Assembly (NCBI GenBank): GCA_002189035.1
Contig: CM007989.1
Span: 5,084,001 to 5,148,000 of the forward strand
DNA: 64,000 nucleotides
Direction: 5' to 3'
Source of the DNA: Utricularia gibba
Lineage: Eukaryota > Plantae > Magnoliophyta
A program made the position numbers and the translations under genes. Shown in pieces: positions 24,373 through 37,190 of the stretch (position 1 is its first letter; the number at the start of each line of letters is the position of its first letter). Below the pieces are notes generated by a model. The model saw only the letters and a list, made by a program, of their open reading frames with translations, did not search any database and had not been told where the DNA came from.

Positions 24373-25232
24373 TGTTGCATGACGTTTCATCAATAAATTT
24401 TAATTTAAAAAACATAAAACACAAAAAAGCGTAGTATGAGTGTCGATCTCAAGGAGTTGAGTTTGACGAAAAGTGTTTTGTTGAAAACTTTTACAAATTG
24501 TCACAGGTTTATAAAAGGGGGTTTTTTAAGTATAGAAATGAAAGTTTCAGCACAAGTAATGGACTTTGACTAAGGGAAGTTGTTCATGAGAATTGGATTT
24601 CATTCCTCCTTTTGTCTATCCTTACCTTGTTTTTCATGGATTCTTTCTGAATAGCTAGTTATAGGAGCAAAGAATAACCTACTCTTCCTTACACTCTGAT
24701 TGACAAGGAGACACGAGAATAGCCTCTTGTTATTCCCCCTTGGATGATTGAGAAGACAAGAGGATTGCCGTCATGCCTTCAAAACTAAATTATGTGCATG
24801 TGCCCAACTGTTGCCAATGACCAATGGCAAGTACGAGGTCACTACCTATCCATGGTCACGGTACCTAGGTCACAAACTATTCGCTACTTTCCTCGAACCT
24901 ATAGGGTTGGAGATGGTGCTCTTCACCTTACTCTTCATCAAAATCCACAAGTAGTGGCCTACTACAATCATGACTAAGAGACATTGTCGAAAGACTATAA
25001 CAAGATGTGTGGAAATATGCGAAATCTAGAAGAATTTCAGTAAAAAACCGAGATTAGTGCTCAAGACTTCGAAATAAACTTCATGTATCTTAAAAACTAG
25101 AAGGTTTTAGTCACAAATGACCATGAAATTAGAAAATAAAAATGGAAAGCAGAAGTGTTCTTCCTCCCTTGGAGGAGAGGAAGAACCAAAAGTTCTAAGT
25201 GTGAAAACAAAAGATTCGAAAAAGATTATTCC

Positions 25233-26532
25233 TGTTAAGTGTTTTTTCTAGTTATTTATTAAGTATTATTATGTGTTAATTATGTAGTAAGTCACCTAAT
25301 TAGGAATTATATTAATAAGTAATTGATTTTCTTGAGAAAAATCGTATTTTCCTATTTTGTATATATTTTCTATCTTTTTTCCTATTTTTTGACCAAGACA
25401 TGTCAAGAGATTGTCGTGGAGTGTTGCAGGAGTATTGCAGGAGGTCAGACTTTGACTTTTCGTGCCTTGTACGCGAATTGGAATGATTGTGTGTGGAAGA
25501 CTGACATTGGTCAACGTCCCTAACTTACGGCATGTCAGAGTCTACAGCAAAGATTGGGCGCTAACTTGCACGCAAAGGAAAGCTGGTGGCGCACGCAAGA
25601 CAAAAGGAATGATAGGAAGGGGACCCAAATGAGTTAATGCACGTGAGAAGTGATATAAAAGCCACTTGGAGCACTTAGTTTCGAGCTTTTGCCATTTCCT
25701 TTCTAGACTTAGACCTTTTGAGTTCTTCCTCCTCCTCAAGGAGTAAGAACACTTAGTTTCTAATTTCATTTCTGTTTTCATGGCCCTTTGTGGCTAAAGC
25801 TTTTTTAGTTTTTGGGAGAAGATGAAGTTTCCTTCCAAGTCTTGAGCACTATACTCGGTTCTTCGCTGAATTCAATTCGGATTTTACATACTTTCACGCA
25901 TCTTGTTGTGGTCTTTCTATAACGACTCCAGGTCAAGGTCCATGAGTAGCAGGCCACTCCTCGCGGATTTTGGTGAAGATCAAGGTGAAGAACACCAACT
26001 CCAACCCTACTGATTTGAGGGAAGTAGCAGATTGTTTGTGGCCTAGGTACCGCAACAGTGGATAGATTGTGACCTCGGACTTTCCACTGGCCATTGGCAA
26101 CAGTTGGGCATGCGCGCGCAATTCGGTTTTGAAGGCAATCCTCTTGTCTTCCTAATCGTCCAAGAGGGAATCACATGAGGCTATTCCCGTGCCTAGTTGC
26201 AATCAGAGTGTAAGGGAGAGTAGGCTATTCCTTGCTCCTATAACCAGCTATTCGGAAGAAATCAGCAGAAATCGAGACAAGGATGAACAAAGGAAGGAGA
26301 TGGAATCTCATTTCCAAGAACTGCGTCCTGTAGTCAAGGCCCATCACTTAAGTTCCAACTTTTATTTCTGTATCTCAAAAACCCCTTTTTGCAAAACCGT
26401 GACATTTTTTGAAAGTTTCTTACAAATACTTTTCACAAAAAAACAACTCCCTGAGATCGATACTCGTACTTCTCTTTTTGTGTTTTACATTTTATAAATA
26501 TTTAAGATTTGTTGAGGAAATGACACGCAACA
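25233..26532 (+). mobile_element. Family D solo LTR inserted in opposite orientation into a family D LTR
   Basis: TGTTAAGTG...GACACGCAACA. TSD ATTCC vs GTTTC (two transitions). The host LTR resumes at 26533, as shown by alignment with 51430-52005. Confidence 0.82.
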
Positions 26533-27644
26533 GTTTCAAGTTGGTTTTATCTCACTCCCACGTGCATTAACTTCCACTGCTCTCCTTCCATCATTCCTTC
26601 TACGCCAACAACTTTCCCATACGTGCAAGTAAGTGTTCAATTATTGCTGCAGACTCTGAGATGCCTTAAGTCAGAGGTCCTAACTAGTGTTAGTTTTCAA
26701 GCCATGTTGCATGCAAGGTAGGAAACGTTAGTGTCTGGTGTTCTGCAAGTCTCTTGCAACACTCTAAGCCTACCACCTAATATTTTGGGTGAAAGTGCAC
26801 GAAAAAAGACAACAAAATTTGTAGAATATTGAATATTTATCAATATTACTCCGAATTTGGGCAACTTAATCCTTATTAACACGTAATAATACATAATTTG
26901 TAGAAAATGACACTTAACATATTCTTCCACACTTAAATCATGTTTGTCCACAAGTATGAAAATCATAGTAATCCACGAAAAAGTATAGAATCTAAGTCAT
27001 GATAGATTACTAAGGCAACTTCATCATACTTTGAGTATTTACTCCAATTCTTTTCTTATCCTTCAATCAAATTAGGGCAAACCACTCAAATTTGCATGCA
27101 TCAGAAAAAGACTTAACCAACGACTACTTATATACTAACATCAAGAAGGTAAATAAAAGCAACAAGGAACATACACTATAATGACTAAAGATCCTTTTTT
27201 TTTAGAGAGAGGTCCCCGTTTTGAGGAAGAATATTTGGGTTACGAAATCTTATGTATGGTGGTAATCACGGTTTCGCCAAGCATCCTTACCTTTGGCACT
27301 CCTAATATATATATATTTTCTCGGTCTAGTCACTATAGGAGCAGCAAAAATTTATTCACAGTATAATATGTACAAGGAATGAAAATGTAGTCATGGTCAC
27401 GGTATGGTCTTTTCTAAAGCATGCAATAAAAGTTTGATATCTAGAAAGAAAAATAATTGAAGTGTTTTCCTAGCAGCAAGGAATTCATGAATCTAAGCAT
27501 GATCAATCCTAATATTCTAGCCTTATTCATGAAAGCAAAAGTACTTGAGGAGCATAGTGGAGATTTTTCACGAATAAAACAAGAAAGAAAAACAAAACAT
27601 GAAGTGCGAAAGAAAAAAAATTCAACACAAATTAACATATAGTC

Positions 27645-28769
27645 CTAATGCCCAAGAAATAAACTGCTTCCCCAATACTTAATTTTGACGATGTCCTTAT
27701 CATCAAGTGCAGTGGAGGGTACCTTATTCATGGGGCATTTCAGAGTGGGAAGCAGTAGCCATGAGAGTGTCCAGTTACGTGAAGAGTGAGGAAGCTTGCT
27801 GCTGGAGACTCTGAATAGCCATATGGAGACTCTGAATAGCAGGAGGGTATACTTGGTTGGGTTTGATGGTGTGGTGCTCAGAAAGATGTCGGTTGGTGCA
27901 CCATATGGGTTCACAATTGATGGAGGCATGGAGGTGATGGTACTCTTGATACCTGCTTGCATGAAAATAGCCTTCCCCTCAACCTCCTTCAGGTAGCTAC
28001 AAGAAAACAAGTCATCTAAATCAAGATAACAAAGTACTTGAGGGGTTTGCTTTTTCAGGTAAACTTTCAGTTGTTGGGCAAGCTTGGTGATGAGAGAAGC
28101 AAAGGGAAGCACCCTCTCATTTTTTATGGAGATGGAATGTATTTGAGTTGCAATCCACCATCCCAAATTGATGGGGAAGTTCTTCATCATTGCCCACAAG
28201 AAGAACACAATAACCTTGGCAATGATGCTGGTACCTTGTCGAGTGGCACTATAGCAGCCTCCCAAATATCTATTGATAACTAAAAGAGCATGGGTCCTCA
28301 AGTAATGGGCCTTGAGTTTGCATTCATAATACGGGAGCTCACAGACAGATATAGAAGCATAGGCATTCAGCACGTTAAAATGCTCACGATAATCATAGAA
28401 TGCTTGGAGGTAACGAGCAGTGGCTAAATCAGATTCAAAAGCAAAGCCTAAAGCCACTTTAAAAACATTGATAGACATGTGAAAATTTTTACCACTAAGA
28501 TGAAAAGAAATCAATGCCTCGGCAAGGGGATTACCAACCACATCCTCAAACACAAAAGTAGTGTAAAATTCAAAAACAAGTTTGGGATAAATCGGCAAAC
28601 TAATCTCAGAAAACTTACACCATTCGGGGGAAGCATCGAATAAACGATTAATATCAGCAAGCATGTTCAGATGTACCAGAGTAGGCGTATGTAATTTAAA
28701 ATGAAACAAAATTCGGCAAGAAGTGAGGAGATTAAATAAGAGCCAGGCGTTTTTATCCGAAAATCTCAC
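27645..28769 (-). pseudogene. Athila ORF2-type protein (family D)
   Basis: IYPKLVFEFYTTF...ISFHLSGKNFHMS...FLWAMMKNFPINLGWWIA...LPFASLITKLA resembles the 'putative plant transposon protein' (Transposase_32-like) domain. Confidence 0.65.
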
Positions 28770-30468
28770 ACTGTTTTTCAGTTGGGTCTAGGCAGGGGAC
28801 TCGAGTGTGCTATCTTGAAAGAATTTTGTGTGATCGTGTTGCTCTTTACCCCTCTTTGTGACTTGGGATGCCTAATCAACATCCTGTTCTCCAGGAAGGA
28901 GCTTTAGGCATGACCCTTCCATAGTGACATGCTCCATTTCAGAAATCCATAGGTCCACCTCCTCATCGATGGTGATCTCTTCAGTCACATCTTCATTAAC
29001 AATGCCAAGACTTCAGGACTAATTTAACTCGACATATGCAGGGTAGTTTATGTCACACAATATTAACAAATTCGTGCCTTCCAACATAGAATAAACGTTC
29101 TCAACAATTCCTAGTTCAACTAAAATTTCATAATCAATTATACGACTAGGCATTACCTTGGCTCCCTTTACCTCATTGTACCTTTCTAATTGTTCCTCGT
29201 TGGTAAAGTCAAGGTACTTCATATTCAGCATGTCTGCATGGTGTTTAAAATAAGGGATGCCTTGGCTTGTCATCTTTCTGTGTGATTTCTGTTTCTCTTG
29301 TCCTGCATGTTTTCCTAAACTTAAAAACAATGGAATAAGGTTAGGTAGATACTTCTCCCATTTTGTCTCAATTTCTATTTCAACATCCTCTTCCTTGTCC
29401 AACTCTTCTGCCTCTAGTTCAGGTTCTGTTGTTTTCTTTGTTTTGCTCTATGTCCTTCTTGCAACAAGGCCTCCATCAGCATCTTCCTCAGTTATTGTTG
29501 CAACGTATGTTGCTGCTTCTTCTCCTCCTAGTGGAACCTGCTCTTGAGTTCTGGGTTCTGCCTCTATTTCTCCAGCCACTTCTTCCATCTTTTATGAGGT
29601 TTCCTCAACAGTTGCTGCCATCATTTCCACTTCAGGGTTCGTTTCCTCCACCTCATCTACCATGACCCTTTCGAGTGTTGCCTGTTTGGTGGTTTTTGTT
29701 GGCTTCCCTAGGCCTTTCTTCCTGTCTTTTTCTTTTGGTATACAATTTTCGATTGCTTAGCAGGTGCCTCCTCCATGAAAAGTTTTCCTTTTCCCTTGCA
29801 ACTCTTCCTCAACGCTTGCAATTTCTGTTGGAGATCAGGACTAGCAGAAGACTTTAACAGTGGGCTTCTTCTTTCCGTCACTGGAGATCCTCCTGCTTCA
29901 AGAGATGAAGTTCCACCCAAATTTGATGCATGCGGGAGAGCTTCAACACCCTGAAATGCTTCTTCAGCAGAGGTTGTGACTCTGGTCTGTTCCTGGTTAG
30001 GAGTAACAGTGACTATCTTTCTAGTTTTCTTGCGTTTGCTGCTTTCATCAGTGATCTTCTTGTCTGATTGTGCAGCAGCAGCACTCTAATGTTGGCGTTT
30101 TGCAGGCATCTTGCGAGATAATTTTTCTGCATTTCTCAAGAACACGATGAAGAGTTTTAAAACAAAGTGAACTTTACAAAGTAATTTACCCCCAAATTTC
30201 CAAAGGGTTTGAGGGCAGTTCTGTAAAATCCTGACAGTTAGTCGCAACCCCTATACGTTACTTTCTTGTAATCGCAATGTAACTCCTCCATTGTGCAACA
30301 GGAACACAGCAGAATTCTCCGAAATAACTCCTAGCTAAGTCTAAAAGTACAAAAGTAAAATGACAGGAAAATTAAACTAACAGAAATTAAACTTGGGTTG
30401 CCTCCCAAGAGCGTCCCTGTTTTTCAGTCTCTATTTCAATCATCAAATAATTCACATACCAGGATTCC

Positions 30469-33400
30469 TTACTGAGGCATTTCATCCCTATTGGATAAAT
30501 TTCCCACTTTTTGAAATGGCTCACAACCCTTGCAATAAGCATAACAATCTCTGAAGATGTGAGGCCAGTAGAATCCACAGTCCAAAATTTTTCTGGCTGT
30601 ACGGTTTGGTCCATGATGACCACCAAAGGGTCCTACATGACAAGATTTCATAATCTTAGGAATTTCAAACTCATGAACACACCTTCGAATGATGCCATCA
30701 TTGCATCTCTTCCAAAGTTAGTGATCGTCCCAAATATAATATTTGGCGTCACCCTTCAGTTTGTTCTTGGTGTGATAATCAATTCCTGGTGGCATCACTC
30801 CTGCTGAAACAAAGTTAGCCAAGTCTGCAAACCACGGTTCACGAATATTAGTCCTAACTAAGGATAATTGTTCATCTGGAAATGTTTGAGTGATAGGACT
30901 ATCATTCTTAATCCCTTCCATCTTGCTAAGATGGTCAGCGACCATGTTCTCCTTTCCAGGCCTGTCTTTAATTTCAACATCAAACTCCTGAACAAGGAGA
31001 ACCCATCTGATCAACCGTGGTTTGGTCTCCTTCTTCTCCATCAAGTGTTTTACCGCCAAATGGTCTGTGTAGACCACAACTTTGCTCCCTAAAAGATAGG
31101 AACGAAATTTCTCCAAAGCAAAAATCACAGTCGAAAATTCCCTTTCGGTCACAATATAATTTTTCTGGGCATCATCTAAGGTTTTAGAGGCATAGGAAAT
31201 AACATGATGTTTCCCTTTAATTTTCTGTCCTAAAACCGCCCCTATAGCATGACTAATAGCATCACACATAATTTCGAAGTCATACCTCCAGTTTGGTGGT
31301 TGTATCACAGCCTCTTTCAAACAATTAAAAGCATTTTTGCATGAATCATCAAAAATAAATTCCACATCATTATGCAAAAGTCTACTAAGAGGCAAAGCGA
31401 TCTTACAAAAATTCTGAATAAATCTCTTGTAAAAACCAACATGCTCCAGAAATGATCTCACACCCTTAACATCAATTGGATACGGTAACTCAGTCATAAT
31501 TTTGAATTTTGCTTTGTCTACCTCAATACCTTTCCTAGAAATAACATGGCCAAGCACAATTCCATGATCAACCATATAATGGCATTTTTCAGAATTAAGA
31601 ACATGATTTTTTTCAACACATTTTTGCAAAACCTGATCCAAATGGTCTAAACATGACTCACAATCTTCTCCATACACTGTAAAATCGTCCATAAAAATTT
31701 CAATGAAATCCTCACCAAATTTTGAGAAGATGCTGGTCATACACCTCTTAAAGATAGCAGGGGTGTTGCACAACGCAAAGGGCATCCTTCTATAGGCATA
31801 AGTCCCAAATGGACAGGTAAAAGTAGTCTTATCTTGATCCGTACCTGAAATTGCAACTTGGTAATATCCAGAATAACCATCTAAGAAACAATAAAAAGAT
31901 TTTCCTGCTATATGATTCCTCTCTTCTAGGGTCTTGACTTGCATAGAATTCACCTGTTCTGACCCTTTTTCGGTTTCCACTCTTGCAAAAAATGATTCCT
32001 CATGCTCTTCTTCCTTCTCTTGGATAGCCTTCTCAAGATGTTCCTCAACCAACTTATCCGTCACGTCCACTGAGCATACACTCTCAAAATCGCTAGGATA
32101 ATTGTTTACTTCCTTCATGTCCAACGTGATCTTTTCTTCATCAAAGGATAATTCAATTGCACCCATCTTCACATTAATTATGGCATTCGAAGTGCTCAAG
32201 AATGACCACATAGAAGTCTGCTGGAAACACGAGCTGCTCAATCTTCACAAGAACATCCTCAACCAAGCCTTTTGGAGAAATAACTCTTCGATCAGCAAGC
32301 TCAATTTGCACTCCTGAGGCTTGTAGAGGTCCTAACCTGAGAGTCTCATATATAGAAAAAGACATCACGTTTATAGAGGCTCCCAAGTCAGCCATTGCTC
32401 TCCTGATGTTTAGGTCACCTATTTTGCAAGGAATAAAAAATGTTCCAAGGTCCTTGCGTTTTACAGGTAGCTTCCAAGTCAAAAGGGCTGAGCAACTTTC
32501 ACTCAGCTTCACCTTCCCTTTTTCCTTCAATTTTGGCTTTGACATACAGAGCTCCTTCAAGTACTTCACGCTTTTGAGTACCAAATAAATATAATCCAGC
32601 AATGTCAAATTTAATTGAGTATTACCTAAAGCTCTCAACATTTTTTCCTTCTCATTTTATTCCTCTCTTGCCTTCAGCCTTCTTGGAAATGGTGGTGGGG
32701 TCACTTTTACCACGAGAGGCTCTATAGCATCTCCACCTCTTGTTCTTCAGCATCTCCTTAGACCTCAACTTCATACTCTTCTACCGTCTCTAAATTATTC
32801 TCAGTTTGAACTAATTCTTTGCCAGGCTTTTCTTTTCCACTTCTTAGGCCTTGTTTGATATGATGGTATAAGATTGGTTTATGGTAGGTTTAATAAAATT
32901 GTGTTGTTTGGTATGTGGGTATAATTATACCTTATATATGGGTATAATAATCATTATACCCATGTAATACCCTCAAATATGGGTATACCAAAGGGGGGTA
33001 TGGGTATTTTTATACCCACATATTTGGGTTTAGCTAAACCCAAATAATCTAAACATACTAATACCTAAAACACATCAATCAAACAAAGCCTTAGTGTCAT
33101 TGCGTTGATATTTTGTCCTCCCCCAGAGTTAGGATTTTGTTTGGCTTGCGACGGTAGGCTTCCTTTTTGCTTCAGTTCCCCAACCTCTGTTGCTAGCTGA
33201 GTAACTTGAATTTCCAAATTCTTGATAGCTTGTTGGTTCTCAGCTTGGTTCCTCATTGATTGGGTCATGAAAGTCTTCAAAATATCCTCCAATGAACTTC
33301 CAGAATTTCCTCCAAAATTATTCTGGTTTGAAGGCTGAAATTGTTGTTGCATCTGCTGGTTCGGCTTGCAAAATATTGGAGCTTGATAAGAACATTGCTG

Positions 33401-34578
33401 TTGCTCCTGGAAATTTTGCTGAAATCCTTGCTGTCCAACAGAGGAACTCTCACCCTTGTAACAATTATCATTGTTACCCCATCTGAAATTTGGATGATCC
33501 CTCCATCCAGGATTGTAGGTGTTCGAATAGGGATCATATTTCTTCCTTTGTGGCTCCAAATATCCCATTGACTTCACATGTTCTTCCTCCATCCATTCAG
33601 GACATTTATCAGCAATGTGTCTCATTCTGTGGTAGTTCCCACAAGGCATATTCTTAGCTTGAAATAAAAATAGTTCCTTCATCATCTCAGACATGGCAGC
33701 CACATTTTTCGTCAGCTAACTTTCTGATTACTTTGGCTTGCATTCTAGCTCATAAACCCTTTTGTTCGAGGCTTGTTTTCTAATAATATGTCATGAGTGC
33801 TCAGCCAACTCCTCAAGCGATGCAAGAGCTTTCGTGGGAGTCTTTTTCCTCAAAAGCCCACCTGCTGTAGAATCCACCATGGCTCTCTATCTGTGCATAG
33901 AAGACTATCATAAAAATACTTGACCAATGCATTGGTCTAAAATCCGTGATGTGGACAGCAGCCTAGCAGGTGATTAAAACGCTCCCAATATTCATGTAAA
34001 GATTCATCATTTGACTGCTCAATATGACTAATTTCCTTCCTTATTTCTTCAGCCTTTGAAACAGGGAAATATTTGGTGAGAAATACTTTTTTCATCCCAC
34101 TCCAATCCGTAATACTCCCTGGCTTCAAAGAATTAAACCACGTTTATGCACTTCCTTCTAGTGTAAATTGGAATGCCCTTAAATAGATTGCATCCTCAGT
34201 CATCCCAACACTCTTGAAAGAGGTGCAAACCGCAGTCACATTATCAAGATGTTCATGTGGGTTTTCACCCACCTTCCCATAATACTTAGGCAGAAAATTA
34301 ATCATAATTGGCTTTAATTCATTAGCTGTATCATCATGGAACCTGATACACAGCCCTCTGTACGTATGGTCATCTGCATCAAGTTCATTCAGGCTCTTCT
34401 CTTGTTCTCCCATGATAAAATTAGCTTGAGTAACAGCAAGGAGTCTGCTCAACTTTGCTACTTCTCTCACTCTTGTGCAGTTCTTTCTGATAGTTCTCTC
34501 GATTTCTGGATAGAAAACAAGATCATTTGCACTAAAAGAACGCAAATGCATCAACTGAATCACAGAACAATTAAACAT
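30469..34578 (-). pseudogene. Family A gag-pol remnant
   Basis: [53 protein letters not shown]...[12 protein letters not shown] (RT), [16 protein letters not shown] (RNase H). The first part of RT is deleted. Confidence 0.88.
32847..33090. mobile_element. PIF/Harbinger Tourist-like MITE (244 bp)
   Basis: TIRs GGCCTTGTTTGAT / ATCAAACAAAGCC with TSD TTA (32844-32846 and 33091-33093). Removing it restores the Athila gag motif NAMTLRSGK. Confidence 0.88.
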
Positions 34579-34581
34579 CGC

Positions 34582-34599
34582 TCCCCGGCAACGATGCCA
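34582..34599 (-). promoter_or_regulatory. Primer-binding site of the family A element
   Basis: The minus strand reads TGGCATCGTTGCCGGGGA next to the LTR end, a variant of the Athila tRNA-Asp-type PBS TGGCGCCGTTGCCGGGGA. Confidence 0.85.
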
Positions 34600-35042
34600 A
34601 TTAGATAAACGAAAAATTTGTGCAAGTCGTTAAATTGCAAATTTTTCCTATCAAATAAATTTATAAACCTAATTCACATCAAGTCATACAAAAAATATGA
34701 GCATATTGGACTAGGGTCGAACACAAGGAGTTAGGTGCTTGCTATGCGAAGGTCACTGCAAGGAGTCAGTGTCAGGTTAATAAATTTGTCTTAACTAGGA
34801 CTAAGGCAGAACTACAATGGAATACAGTAAAGAAAAGTAATAAGTTTTGGAGCTCGGGTTTTTCTGGAATGAAATAGGTGATGCCTTGGGACTTCTAGGG
34901 GATGTATGCTTATCACTAAACAAGCTCACACAAACCATAAATCATACAACTCACATACAAAAATCTAGGTCTACCAGAATTCTTGTTTTTCCCCTAATCT
35001 TTGATCTACCTCTAATTAGGGTTGTAAGCTGGATTTCACCAC

Positions 35043-35306
35043 TTCTCCTATTTATTGGAGAGGTCAGTCTGACCGAATCCTGAGTTTTGCAGGTGTCGGT
35101 TGCTTTTTGTACTTGTACTGCGATCTTGCTTTTTAGATGATCACCGCCTGCTCTACCATAATTCGGCTGCTTTTATGATCCTACCGTGCGACTATCAATG
35201 TCAGACCTCTGACACATGTCGGTCTGTCGGCTGGCGTTATTCCATCAGGACTCCTTTTGGAAGCTTTTCAGAAGCCGGTTATCCTCATCCGACTTATACC
35301 CCATCA
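35043..35306 (-). mobile_element. Partial Tat-family LTR (5' ~265 bp) inside LTR A
   Basis: The reverse complement begins TGATGGGGTATAAGTCGG and aligns with 16750-17000 up to the TATA region. The left junction is a deletion; no TSD. Confidence 0.7.
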
Positions 35307-35562
35307 TTATCCTTAGCAACATTCTGGTTTCAAAGTTAAACAACAACAAGCAATGCATAACAGAAATAGAAAAGACAAGTTGTTCACGTAGTAAATCTAA
35401 AACTAGTCTTAGCTAGGAACAGTATGCATCAAGAACGAAAATATCTTCAAAGAGAAGCTGTGTTCTTCTGGTTCGTCGTTCCCTTTCTTCTTCTACCCCA
35501 GAAACCTTCTCCAGAAAACATGTCGTGAGTCTCCAATGGGGAGATATGCTTTCTCTCTCATC

Positions 35563-37003
35563 TGTTAGTGTATGTGTTCTAGAGAATCAATTCATTGGCA
35601 AATCTTATCCTTTAATGTTTACCTTTAATTGTGATCAAGTTTATATCATTGATAAAATCTTCTACTTGATCTATGTGCTATAGAAATTATGATGAGATCA
35701 TAATGTGAGATTCTTCAAGCATTTATGTTCAAGTTAAAAACTCCCTGGCTAGAGTATTTGTGAAATGAGGATATCACAAATACGGATAAGGTGGCACACA
35801 TTGAGTTCCCTAAACAGTTTAGGCAATGGTTCTCACAATTCATGTAATGAGATTACTAGAACCTATGTGTGGGTGTTGATTAGAGAACGATTCACTGGAT
35901 GACTCATCTTCAAGATGCTACTATGGGAAGCTAACCAAGTGTCAGTAGCAAGATCTCTAATATGACAGCCGTGCAAGTAAGCTTAGACTTGAGGTCAACA
36001 AAGTTATCTTGATCTTAAGCTCACATTTTCGCTCATTGCTAATGGGAGCCTAACCATGGCTTGTCTAGTATGGATGAGTAGGGATGTGACTCCTTAAGGT
36101 TGGAGATAGTTGATTGATTAATAAAGGATTCATCACTCATGTTAGCGATGAGATCATATTTCAAGTAATTGCATCAAAGCCTAATAGTAAGTCTTGGGAC
36201 AGGGTAATGACACTCAAATTGTTTGAGTAGGTAATAGTGCTTGAATACAATTATAAGTTCGAGACATCAGAAAGACACACACCCATGTTCTGGTACCGAA
36301 TGAGATATAAGTATGATGAAAGTTGTTCATTGCATGGTGGCTGGTCATGGAAAGGCTCAATCAGTTCATCTGATTATTCTTTAATCTTGGGGATCATGAT
36401 ATGTTGCTAGACATCACTCATGATCGATAATGATGGATTTGATTAATTAAGAGTTAATTACTAAATCCATTATTATGGCCTTGATTGAAGAAGCCTATAT
36501 GGTCACCCACGATAGTGGAGTCACTCATCGATATAAAATACAATGACACAATTACATGAGATGTAATTGGTAAAGTGGATAAATTAAATAGAGAGTTATT
36601 TTGAGACTAATATTGATTAAACTCAAAATAAAAGATCTCATATAGATATGATTTGATATGTCACAAAATATCTATAAAAAAGATTTAGATCTTGAGAACT
36701 GCTCCAAAAGGTCTTCGTGCTCTTTGAGACTGATCCATAAGGAGGCGTTTTTCTCTACTAGCATCTGAGAAATTCGACCAGCATTCAAGAGCCTTAAGAA
36801 GGTTATCGACGGAGTGATCCACGTGTGGATACCATAGAGGCCATATGCTATTGGCGGTTGGTGAACAACGGAGGCATCTGAAAGGTATTTTGAACATCCC
36901 TTAATCTGACGTATACAGTATTCCAAGATCTGCGTTTGAGTTTTCTCAAAAATTTTAAATTCCACTACTTTTGAGACATACGATGTCTATGAGAAACCCA
37001 ACA
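35563..37003 (+). mobile_element. Copia (Angela-like) solo LTR, 1441 bp, inside LTR A
   Basis: TGTTAGTGTATGTGTTCTAGAG...AAACCCAACA with perfect TSD TCATC (35558-35562 and 37004-37008). LTR A resumes afterwards. The lineage is assigned from recalled terminal motifs only. Confidence 0.85.
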
Positions 37004-37190
37004 TCATCCTCTCCCCCTTTTTGTCCAAAATCTCACTTTTCATCTCCTTGGATTTTGCGTGTACTACTTTTCAGACTTTTGGACTCATCTTCTGCCACTA
37101 AACTGTGCATATTTGGCTACTTGAGATTTGTGTAGCGGCCTGTACTGCAGTGCTCAAAGAAAAATTATTAGAAGTTTGGGAATAAATCGT

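Larger units (their letters stand above)
24373..28770 (-). mobile_element. 3' half of Athila element, family D (3' LTR 24373-26919, PPT, 3' UTR, ORF2)
   Basis: LTR TGTTGCATG...CACTTAACA, followed on the plus strand by the reverse complement of the Athila PPT-region motif (ACTTGTGGACAAAC...TAAGTGTGGAAGA). ORF 27645-28769 lies in the Athila ORF2 position. Confidence 0.8.
28790..37190 (-). mobile_element. 5' part of Athila element, family A (truncated 5' LTR 34603-~37190, PBS, gag-pol, ORF2 remnant)
   Basis: The LTR A end abuts the PBS. Gag 34578-33091, protease ~32641-32174, RT/RNase H ORF 30718-32241. Integrase is truncated after RDEMPQ at ~30469. A low-complexity ORF2 remnant lies at 30110-28790. 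Confidence 0.82.
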
